In this document: positions 51,861-61,983 of the stretch, piece by piece
Numbering within the stretch: the stretch's first letter is position 1
Layout: the number at the start of each line of letters is the position of its first letter
Virus record (IMG/VR): IMGVR_UViG_3300022555_003222
Coordinates: 66,809 to 130,808 of that record
Length of the DNA: 64,000 bases
Direction: 5' to 3' (one strand)
From: a virus
Position numbers and translations under genes: made by a program
Notes under the pieces: generated by a model
The model's input: the letters and a program-made list of their open reading frames with translations, nothing else
Database searches by the model: none
Told to the model about the DNA's origin: nothing

Positions 51861-52256
51861 TCATTCAAAATCTTCCGGTCTGGATTCATCTGCACAGCTA
51901 TTCAGCTTGCCGGATGTATCCCGAAAGTAAATGTCAAAATCTTCACCACACTCACGACTGAATTGCCGGTAGGCATCGTCGGCATTACGACAATCTTCTG
52001 CCGGGGCATAGCCGATTTCCTTGTTGGTTCCAGCCTTGGTAAACACCCAACCCCTCGGCTTCCGCCTCTTAGTCTTGGCATCACACCGACACTTGTTAGC
52101 AAATAGACCAACACTGGTTTCACCATGCTGGTCAGCAAATGCCAAAGCCGCTTCTTGACTAACACAACTTCGGGCCTTGCTCCACTCTACCCAAGTTCCA
52201 TTAGAACTAAGGTAAAGACCCTCTAGGCCACACTTACGGATTCTATATCGCACCAT
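51861..52256 (-). CDS. Cassette hypothetical protein
   Basis: Motif 52280 and AAGGA RBS. Confidence 0.72.
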   Translation of the reverse strand: MVRYRIRKCGLEGLYLSSNGTWVEWSKARSCVSQEAALAFADQHGETSVGLFANKCRCDAKTKRRKPRGWVFTKAGTNKEIGYAPAEDCRNADDAYRQFSRECGEDFDIYFRDTSGKLNSCADESRPEDFE

Positions 52257-52294
52257 GATTGTTCCTTTCAATGTTCCTTGTTATACGCCGGAAC

Positions 52295-52615
52295 TCAAGT
52301 GTATTTCAGCAACTCAGTTTCCATCTTTGCCAATTCAGTTTTGGCACGTTCGATCTTGCCTTGCAATTCCTTGGCAATCACTTCGGGAGCAATCGCTTTG
52401 AACCTGAATGTATTGCCCATGCCGGTAGTGATCGTGATAACACCATCTTTCTTGGTGATCCGCTTTTTGATGAAGGTCACCGATTGGCCGCACTCTGGAC
52501 TAAACCAGTTGTCGCCGTCAGTCAAATGGATTTCTCCACGTTCGCCAATAATATCGGCAAATTCCTCTTGATCGCCCTGGACTTCAAACAGTCTGGCCTT
52601 GATTACTCGGTGCAT
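52295..52615 (-). CDS. Cassette hypothetical protein
   Basis: GAGGAGG RBS; TGA overlaps motif 52280. Confidence 0.78.
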   Translation of the reverse strand: MHRVIKARLFEVQGDQEEFADIIGERGEIHLTDGDNWFSPECGQSVTFIKKRITKKDGVITITTGMGNTFRFKAIAPEVIAKELQGKIERAKTELAKMETELLKYT

Positions 52616-52806
52616 GGTTCCTCCTCGTCAAGCAAAGATTGAAGATACATCTTAGATGCTTCGATTTCGTCCAGTTCTTTCTTCAATCCCTCAACAGAAT
52701 AATGTTCGTACAAAATGTTGTCCACCGTCGAATAATAAGACGACAAATGGACAATCGCCGTTTCGATTTTATCCCTGTCCAATTGCATTGGGTCAGTTCC
52801 TCCCGT

Positions 52807-52996
52807 GTTATACACCCATACTAAGGGTTGTTTGGTAAGATAGACAAGCCCCACCCGGCACGCCGGGTGGGGCTTCTAAAAAATTGGCGCAGCATCGCCA
52901 TAGCGGCCCATGCTATACATCCGTACTAAGGGTTCTTTGGTAAGATGGGTAAGATAGGTCGATGCTATACAACTGCACTTGGGGTTCTTTGGTAAG
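52807..52996 (-). repeat. Three 33-bp extended motif copies at the upstream end of the array
   Basis: Motif plus (t/g)(a/g)(a/g)gggtt(g/c)tttggtaag at 52807, 52912 and 52964. Confidence 0.9.
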
Positions 52997-54104
52997 CTGG
53001 GCAATCATGCCAAATTTGTATCCATTGGATAGATTTGTAGTCCTTAGATTTCATTTCTTAGATGTTTGTACTTACAAAGACGTTAGTTTCTTAGATGGTT
53101 ATAACTTACAAAACTGCTAGTTTCCTAGTTAGGTGATTCTTCTATTCCCCTGCCCGCCTAGAACATTAACATTATTTGCCCATCTTGCGTAGGCTGCTGT
53201 CGATCTTGCACGTTGACCAGGGTTTTTCTTTGCCCATTTTGCTGCACAAGAATGTTCTACATTTTCATGGCCGCAACATTCTAGGCATCGCTTGCATCGG
53301 GAGCATTGGCCCTCGCCTTCACCCCACTTACGACCGCAACCTGGGCATCCTTCTTTTAAGGTCATCTTAGCCATCAAATTTCTCCTTCTGGGAGAACTTA
53401 TACACACCGAACTTACATTAGTTTGGTGGAGCAGGTAGTTCTAGTGGTAAAACTGCGAGACTTTTGCATGGCAAACTCTATCCAAGATATGTTGACCATT
53501 TCCCATGTAGATCGGTCGCTATGAAAGTTTTGTACTGGCTCCAATATGCCGTCCATCTGAATGACATCGAAGTTTCGTTCAGACTCCTTGCGATTTAGAT
53601 TGTTATTGGGACTACGACCGTACTGAGTGGTGAAGAAAAGGATATTCATTTTCCTGTTATGCTTTGTGCGTAGCACAAAAGTTTGTGCATGATACCCGAA
53701 CGATAGCGTGAAGAAGAAAAGGATCGACTGGTTTTATTCAACCATGTCCGTCTTGCAAAAAACATGAATTTCATTTGTTTATTACACTTCAAAATGAGTG
53801 CGATCAGGGATTGCTTTACGTGGGAATATGCTAGATTCCTCCTTTATTATACGCCAGTTTTGACCATTTGTGAAAGGAATCATGGATTAAGTGTCAGTTT
53901 TGACACCTTATTGTTTACTAATTTGATAATGGATCTTATCATGTCGAATATAATGCGATACAATACATTGAATTAAATGATATAAATTTAGATCAAATCG
54001 GTCCAGAACGAAGTTCTGGACCGATTGTTAATTCAGACCTATTAGAATTGATTTATGGAGGTCTGGGAAGGTATTTGAAGGTCTGAACGGGTGTTTGAAA
54101 GGTG

Positions 54105-54406
54105 GGATATATCCTGGGGATATATGCCCGAAGATATATCCTAGCATGTATCCCAGGCGATATGGGATATATCCTATGCGGGGATATATCCTAGCCTATG
54201 TGGGTATACGGGCGGGATATATCCTGACGGATATGTAGACTTGTCTGGTAAAACTATATGAGTATTGAGTGGCGATGCCCATGTGCTTACAAGAATGTGG
54301 AGGGATAGTAGATTGCCATACACAATACGGTCGTATGTGCCAATAGGATTGGCGTCTATTCGAGAGGACAATTAAAGCGTGGTGCATGAACATCAGGGAT
54401 ATATCC
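54105..54406. repeat. Cluster of GGATATATCC palindromes
   Basis: Perfect copies at 54105, 54165, 54182, 54215 and 54397, plus degenerate ones. Confidence 0.9.
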
Positions 54407-55477
54407 TGACTGATAGGTAGAGATGAAGTAGGCCACCAAATGAATGGGTAGAACTAATGTTGGGATGTTTGCACGAATGGTCCAGCCATATTTGTTTACG
54501 AGATATAAAACATGGAACTGGTCGAGGCATCCAACAGCAATGTCTATTTGTTTGACAAGCTACAAATTGCATTAACATGGGATATATCTTAAACGAAATT
54601 TGTGAACAACCAATAGGAACTAGAGGAAAACCGAAGGTTCATACTAAATGGTAGTGGCATTTCCCAACTGTGTGACATTCTAAAGAAGAGTGGTATGGTA
54701 TTCGCTTCTATTGATGCTGGCACATGCCATGATTTCATTTGTTTTCTTAGGATCATTTTCATTTGTCTGAGGTGTGCTTGCCTTCTCCCCAACATCGTGA
54801 ACTTTGACTAAAGAGAATGGAATTGCGTTGTGATCTTCTTTTGTAATGCGATAACACACGACTTGAGTATTGCATGTTATTGTTCCATGCTTTCACACGA
54901 TGCGTGAATCCAACACCGGGATTGAGTGTGAGTTTCATCTACTGGTCTTTTGAGAGAAGAACATTCCTCTACGTCCACAGCAACTAGCTAATCGTTCTAC
55001 GCTAAAACATTGCGATTTGATTAAGGAGCCAGATTCTATATTCGTATGTTTAGTACAACACCATCCGCTTCTTGCAAAAGCGTGAGTTGCATATGGAACA
55101 AACCAAATAATGAACCAGAATGTTTTCAATGGTATGCCGATCCTATAATAAATGATCTGGATTGCCCTAGCAAAGTATGTTGGCTTTTGGCCTGTGTCAT
55201 TAGATGTCTTTCTTGATGAACAGATGCAAGCCAAGACATCCTCCACGCTTTTGATCTCCTACGTGACCAAGGTATATTCAGGGCTATTGCAGTTCTAATC
55301 TGAATAAGTTTCATTGTTTATTCCGACTGACGGTATCAATGTGACGCCAACAAAATGACCATGAGGCAAACATTCTGCCTGACACCAATAGATGGCTGGT
55401 CCATGTGCGACATGATGTAAACGGACAAGTTTGCCATCCACGACAAACAGTATTTTGAATTGCGGTGCGAAGCATTT

Positions 55478-56245
55478 TCATTTTGTCACCAGTTCTCCAA
55501 CCTTCAACCCCTGTCGCTTTTCAATTGTTCTTACAAATTCGGCCGCTTCAAGGAGTGCATCTGGTGTACCCGTATCGAGCCAAGCATAGCCAAGACCAAG
55601 AACCTCTACGTTCAATTGATCCTGTTTGAGATACACCTTATTGACATCAGTGATTTCTAATTCGCCACGGGCAGATGGCTTGAGATTCTTGGCAATGTGA
55701 ACGACTTGATTATCATAGAAATAGATGCCGGGGATAGCATAATTGCTTTTTGGCTTCTTTGGCTTCTCTTCAAGCGATATAGCCTTGCCATCTACAAACT
55801 CTACGATGCCATATCGTTCAGGATCGGACACCTGATACGCACAGATGGTTGCTCCAATGTTTTGATTGGCTCGTTTGAACAATTGTGGCAGATCACTTCC
55901 ATAGAAAAGATTATCGCCCAGGATTAAAATGCTGGAGTCATTGCCAATGAATTGTTCGCCAATAATAAACGCTTCGGCAATACCTTTTGGTGCAGTTTGA
56001 ACTGCATAACTGATATGTAGCCCCCACTGATTTCCATCTTTGAGAAGTTTTTGGAAGAGTGGTAAACTTTCTTGATCGGTGATAAGCAGAATGTCCTTGA
56101 TCCCTGCCATTTGTAGAACAGATAGGGGATAATAGATCATCGGCTTATTGTAAATAGGTAATAACTGTTTAGTCATTACCAAAGTCATAGGGTGGAGTCT
56201 TGTACCAGCCCCGCCAGCGAGTATAATGCCTTTTCTTTTTCTCAT
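55478..56245 (-). CDS. rmlA: Glucose-1-phosphate thymidylyltransferase
   Basis: [58 protein letters not shown]. Confidence 0.96.
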   Translation of the reverse strand: MRKRKGIILAGGAGTRLHPMTLVMTKQLLPIYNKPMIYYPLSVLQMAGIKDILLITDQESLPLFQKLLKDGNQWGLHISYAVQTAPKGIAEAFIIGEQFIGNDSSILILGDNLFYGSDLPQLFKRANQNIGATICAYQVSDPERYGIVEFVDGKAISLEEKPKKPKSNYAIPGIYFYDNQVVHIAKNLKPSARGELEITDVNKVYLKQDQLNVEVLGLGYAWLDTGTPDALLEAAEFVRTIEKRQGLKVGELVTK

Positions 56246-58870
56246 ATTCCTACCCTAAAATCCCAACTATGAATGTGACCCCTTGACCAATTAGAACACC
56301 AAGAATCATTTGCCACCCATGCGGCACTAATAGACCAGTATGATTAACTGCATTTTCCAACTGTGAAATTTATTCTCATCCCATGCGACTCCTACGACTG
56401 CTATGGCCTCTTCCATATCTGGATGTCATTAGTAGATTACTCCAAAGTGCGGAATACGGAAGACTAATGCTCCAATAGGTACACCAAAATGTTCCACCTG
56501 ACAATATACACCAATGGCGTGCCCTTGTCCAACAAACCGCTTGCGTTGTTGATTGCAGAGAGCTTTTTTGAATAATTTTCATCTTCTGCGATTCCTACTG
56601 CTGCAACATCCCCTTGTCCAAAGTGTAGAACATGGGAAATTGCAATTCCAACACATACACCAAAATGTTCCGCATGACAATAGACACCATTCTCTCGATC
56701 TAGTCCCACAGATTGATCGTTGGGTAATCAATGAGCTTTTATGAATTATTTTCATTGTTTTTTGCTATGCCACATTACCACCCACATAGACCAAGTTACT
56801 CTACGATTGCAACTCCAATATATTCCTGTAGTCCAACCGTTCGACCAACAATTACCCCATGCAAAAGCAGCTTTTCTACAAAGAACCAATGAACTTCTGT
56901 TAATTATTTTCATCTGTAACTCATGTGATGGCTCATATCCCAAACGTGCCAAGCACATCGACCTCCCTTAGTCGCCCAACTGCATCCTATTGTCCAGCCA
57001 GCCGACCAACCATATCGACATGAAAAAGCAAGTGTTACACTGTGCATGCCTCTAAAAGTTATTTTCATATTGAAGACAATTTAGCTATTAAATCTTCTAC
57101 CGTAATTATTGTACGCATTTGCTCTGTAGTCAACGCTCTTATCTCTGCATTGCGTTTCATGTTTTGCAGATCAGCGGAACTTAGTGTGGGATCTCTGGTT
57201 TCAATATAATTTTTCCGCATATACAGAGCTTGTATAATAAGGTTTCGCTCATCGACTGTTAAATTCATAATTTTGTCCTTTCAATATGTGAAAATGATTT
57301 TTCATCTGTTGTGTGACCAAGAGTTAAATGTACGATTACATGACCAGCCTTGTTGATTGCGATTGCCCCAATAATGACTTTGCCCCACCACTCCTCTCAC
57401 TATTGACTGTTTCCAAAAACAAGCCGACATATTATATTTGTGTTTTCTTTTTAATGTTCGACGTGATGATGGATGGCCAACCCACTGCTCTAGTTGTGGA
57501 CCAAATGTTCTAAAGATGAATTTCATGGGAAATACTTTCTAGCCCATGAAGAGCTTCCAAAAGCAGCAGACCAATATAATCGTCTGCTCATATGTAAAGC
57601 AACAAAAGACGTAGACCATCCAGCCGCCATTTGGCGGCTGGATGTCCAACAATCTGATTTAAGATTTTGTCGAATTGTCCACTTAGTTTTCAAAATCTGT
57701 AACTTTTTGAAAACATTAAATTAAAGTGCAATGACGATCTGAATCGTTGATTTGTAAAGGCGTAACTGATGTAGCCGAACAATCCTCTTTGACGACTTGA
57801 TAGCATGTTGTGAATTGCTATAAAGCGACGAAATTTCATCTGTACGATCCCAAGTTTAATTCTACATTGCGTCGTTGACCTTTACCGCTATGGTCAATAC
57901 TATGAATTGCACGAAACATACAGCATTGAAAACAAGCACTGTGTCTATCTAAAATACGATGAAGTTTGAATGTAAATCTCATTTTCTTCTCAACTTGCTT
58001 TGTCCAAAACAATCCACCCCAGTCCAATGACTTTTGCCTATAGCGTAACGGGATATTCTAGCACTCTTCATCATCAGTGTAAAGCAGACTGATTTCTTGT
58101 AATGCGGTCTGAGTCGAGTTGCGGTGCGAATCATTTTCATGTAAAACGCCTTGTCCTTCCTCTTCTGGCCGATTGATCCACAATAAAAGGCCAATTGGTT
58201 CCAAATCGCCTACCATCTGCCCAGCAAGCAGTAGCCCAATTCCATTGTGAGAATGCACGACAACGATCAGGTGGAAATCGCAAACGACGAAATGGAGTTT
58301 TCATTTTCTACCTTGCCATGATCTGCTGTAGCTATGACCAAAGCCTCTACCTGGAATGCGTATTTTACACAAATGAAATGAACGCAGATATCTTTTGCTA
58401 AATCCCCTGCTAATTGGATCAATACGTCCACGTTGTAGAATCATCTTGATAATGGCCTTCTATGAAATGATCGCAGATCAGATTTGAAACAACCATATGT
58501 TCCAAGAGACTCATTAAATCCATGTTCTGATTCATCTCGCCAGAAACCCCAGGTGGTGGCAAAGAAACTTTGTCCTACAACACCACGTTGCGATAAGGGA
58601 GTGTTATTTCCCCATCGGGAAACAGCCCAACGATTCCAAAGACTAGAATAGGTGGTCAAAGAGATCGAAGATTTGAATTTCATTTTAATGTGCTTCTAAC
58701 CAGTGTCGAAACTTAGAACTACAAATCGAGGCAATGGCTGTAGTGATTAATGCAACTGCTAGCAGTGGAAATAACAAGAATCTAATCACTAATGCTAACA
58801 ATGGCAAGCAAATGATGATTACCGGAAGCAGGAATACCCAAATTAAAATTTTCATGGATCGCCCTCCAAC

Positions 58871-59329
58871 CTATGTATCATACCCCAATCGTTTTAATGT
58901 TCTGTCTACTTTTTCTTCAACGCCATCTTCTTGTAACTTTTTATGATTCCTATACTGCTGATAATGAATTACCTCATGCATAGTTGTCCAAATCAATGCC
59001 ATCCATGATGGATGTTTTTTATCCCACAAATAAGGTAAACGACCGGGTAATATAATTTGACAATCACATCCGTCTATCCAAGCTAGACCAAAATGTTTTT
59101 TACTCTTTTTAGGTATGAACAAACCAGCAATGGCTTTGTTCATCTTCCTTTTTGATAATGTTTTGACTTCGGCATTAGAATGACTTAACACATAGCTATT
59201 CAAAATCAATACGCCGACCCGATGCCGGATCGGCGTGTCTTTCTGAATTTGTTTCAATAATTTTGCAATTATGTCAACGGATTGTGCTGAAGGCTTCCCC
59301 TCGATCTGAATCATGAATCCTGGTTTCAT
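58871..59329 (-). CDS. HExxH metallopeptidase-like protein
   Basis: TMHEVIHYQQY...QEDGVE. Confidence 0.65.
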   Translation of the reverse strand: MKPGFMIQIEGKPSAQSVDIIAKLLKQIQKDTPIRHRVGVLILNSYVLSHSNAEVKTLSKRKMNKAIAGLFIPKKSKKHFGLAWIDGCDCQIILPGRLPYLWDKKHPSWMALIWTTMHEVIHYQQYRNHKKLQEDGVEEKVDRTLKRLGYDT

Positions 59330-60615
59330 TATTGGTCCCTAGTGCTATTGCAATTGAATATGACAGCCCTTGCATATAACAACAGGATACCAAATTTTTT
59401 GAAAAAAGCCAAGAGGAATGTGTGCGACCTAGCAACCGTCCACGATTTTCGTGGTAACGAATTAACTCCCACCCATGATTCCGGTGGGATCGACCCAATA
59501 TCGAAACGTCAGGTGGAAGGAATTTCATCTACGGCTCGCAGGTACGGCAACGTGAAAATTGTGAGAAAGAGTAAACACAGTATATGTGCTTTGTGGAAGC
59601 CAAGAAAACATCATTCTCCCGAAACAGCTTGTAAATCGCCGGGGAACCGGATGGTATTGATTGGGGTAAATTCGACGAAATAGTATTTTCATGATTTACT
59701 TACGACTCACTGGTATGACAATATGGAAACCAAGAGAATTAGTTGCAAAAGTATATTGACTTTGTGGATGCCAAGAAAGTATGGCTGTCCTAAAATAACT
59801 TGTGTATGGTCTAGGAAGATGAGATTGATTGGGGTAAATCCGATTAAACAGTATTTTCATGATTTCATTCCATACGGCGAATTTATAGTAAATCCATAAG
59901 AACATCGAGAAAAGCGAGAATAGCTTTGTGGGTAAGGACAATGTTCTAGCCTGGAAAAATAGCTTGCATCTTTTCCGTTGTGTCGCTCATACCACAAAAA
60001 CACAGTTCTAACAAATCTCATGTGCTAAATTCCTCCATGTGAGCAAACGCCCAACAAATACCATTTTGCTCAATGTGGCCTGTAGCAAAAAACCAACCCG
60101 GTCGCCACGCAGAAACATAATATCTCTGATGGCCGTGTGAAAAGGCAGAAAAATAACGAGTGGTTGCTCCAAAACTACGTGCATTTGGACGATGGTGGCT
60201 AAATCTCATATTTTGAAACTTCCTGTGTTGCCAGCGGCAAAGGCGACACCACTATACCATTGGAAAGGTCGTGTGCGACTAAAAGTTACACGCTCTGCAA
60301 AACTCCAAGCCCAATAACCCAGCATGCTTTGGCTACGAGTACAGCGAGCCTTGCTAAAGCAGCAAGTGATGTCATAACTAGAACGGACACAATTGAATCT
60401 CATGGTCTTACTTTATAGCTTTTATAGCCACCCCCTGCAAATGCCGTCGTGCCATACGTTGTTGTACGCCTTGACCAAATAGTATAACAACCGTGAGTAA
60501 AATTCAAAGACCAAAATGCATGGTCTATCCAACCAGATCCGCCCAAACCTCTCCCAAAGCATTGTGCGGCCCTATATTCAGAGTATATGCGAACGATTGA
60601 TGGTTTCATAATTTT

Positions 60616-61983
60616 GCGGTCAGGAAACCTCCATATTTTTGCGTAGCAAAAATACTGCCGAAGGCAGCCCTTGTGGTGGGGGAGGAATGACCGCCTCCTA
60701 AAAATAATTTTGGAATAATTGTTAAAAATTTTGCATCAGCACTACTATATATAGTGGGTATATGATGAAGACAAGAACCATTAAAGTGCAATTGAAAGTA
60801 GATAAAAACCTGTTTAAGCCAACAATTCAGGCTTACACAGATGCTTTTAATTCTGTTTGCACTACCGCTTGGGACAACCAAGAGTTCAACGGAGTGAGGT
60901 TGCATCACCTTACCTATCACAACATTAGAGAAACAACTGGATTGAAAAGCCAACTTGCTATTTCTGCAAGAGTTAAAGCAACAGAGGCACTTACTTCTGT
61001 TCAAGCACTTAAAAAGAAAGGCAAAAAAGTTTCTTGTCCTCAAAGTAAATGTTGTGCAATTAGGTATGATGAACGGAGTTTGACTATTGATTTTGCCAAC
61101 AAAACAATCAACATTCTTACGCTTGGTGGAAGAATTAGATTGCCATTGTTTGTGCCGAAGTATTTCCAACAATATCTTTCTTGGAAAAAGTGTTCGGCTG
61201 ATTTGTTTCAAGTTAAAGGAAAAACTTATCTTCACATTGTTTTTGAAAAAGAAAGTGAAGATGTTCAACCAAACGGTAGTTATGTTGGAATTGATAGAGG
61301 AATAAAGAAACTCGCAGTAATTAGTGATAATAGATTTTTTGGTGGTGGAAGAATTAAACAATTGAGTGAACGATATGAAAGATTGAGGAGACAACTTCAA
61401 AGCAAGAAGTCTCGCTCCGCAAAGATACATTTGTTGAAAATCAAGAAATGCGAACGACTTATGCGGAAAGACATCAATCATTGTATTACTAAAAAAATTG
61501 TTGGAACATTGAAAGCAGGAACAACTATTGTTCTTGAAAAATTGACTGGCATTCGTGGTGGAGCAAGAAAACTTACTCTTGAAGAAAGACAAAATAAAGT
61601 TAAAACATTGCGTAAGCCACAAAGAAAAGAAGTCAATAAGTGGAATTTCTTTCAATTTGAACAATTTCTTACTTACAAAGCACAAGCAAAAGGTTGCAAT
61701 GTTGTATATGTTGACGCTCGTTATACTTCGCAAAGGTGTAGCAAGTGTGGACATATTAAAAAAGCCAATAGAAAGAACCAAAGTATCTTCAAATGTAGAT
61801 TGTGTGGCTTTCAACATAATGCTGACCTTAATGCTTCTAAAAATATCGTTCTCAAATATCTGGACGCTACAGGCTATCCAGATTGGGCAACTGTCAATTT
61901 GCCTAACAGCGGTTTAACAACTGCTAATGTTCCCGTCTAAAACGGTGCAACAAGCCCCTCCCCTTGCGGGAGGGGTAATTGAC
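60616..61983 (+). mobile_element. Non-autonomous IS200/IS605-type (tnpB-only) element
   Basis: Structured left end gcggtca...tgaccgc; right end aagcccctccc..ggaggggtaattgac; no TSD; removal restores the flanking ORF. Confidence 0.8.
60762..61940 (+). CDS. tnpB: RNA-guided endonuclease TnpB
   Basis: RuvC GIDRG / VLEKL / NADLNAS; Zn finger CSKC...CRLC. Confidence 0.95.
   Translation: MMKTRTIKVQLKVDKNLFKPTIQAYTDAFNSVCTTAWDNQEFNGVRLHHLTYHNIRETTGLKSQLAISARVKATEALTSVQALKKKGKKVSCPQSKCCAIRYDERSLTIDFANKTINILTLGGRIRLPLFVPKYFQQYLSWKKCSADLFQVKGKTYLHIVFEKESEDVQPNGSYVGIDRGIKKLAVISDNRFFGGGRIKQLSERYERLRRQLQSKKSRSAKIHLLKIKKCERLMRKDINHCITKKIVGTLKAGTTIVLEKLTGIRGGARKLTLEERQNKVKTLRKPQRKEVNKWNFFQFEQFLTYKAQAKGCNVVYVDARYTSQRCSKCGHIKKANRKNQSIFKCRLCGFQHNADLNASKNIVLKYLDATGYPDWATVNLPNSGLTTANVPV

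Larger units (their letters stand above)
20072..53413 (-). repeat. Dispersed array of about 70 copies of 16-bp motif AGT-NC-NG-NTGTATAAC delimiting small-gene cassettes (probable early promoter)
   Basis: + strand gttatacaNcNgNact at 20505, 20879, 21247, 22085, 23098, 27164, 31914, 36937, 41840, 46440, 50755, 52280 and many more; most are followed on the minus strand by an RBS and ATG. Confidence 0.93.

Noticed and set aside
20072-53413. Motif array as a CRISPR array
   Set aside because: Repeats are 16 bp and degenerate, spacers are gene-sized and variable, and no cas genes are present.
20072-53413. Motif as canonical integron attC or Xer dif site
   Set aside because: GTTATAC only loosely resembles GTTRRRY, GTT is not invariant, and there is no paired inverse core, XerD arm or integrase in the window.
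60606-61817. 403-aa minus-strand ORF
   Set aside because: Antisense to tnpB with Phe/Ser-rich shadow composition.
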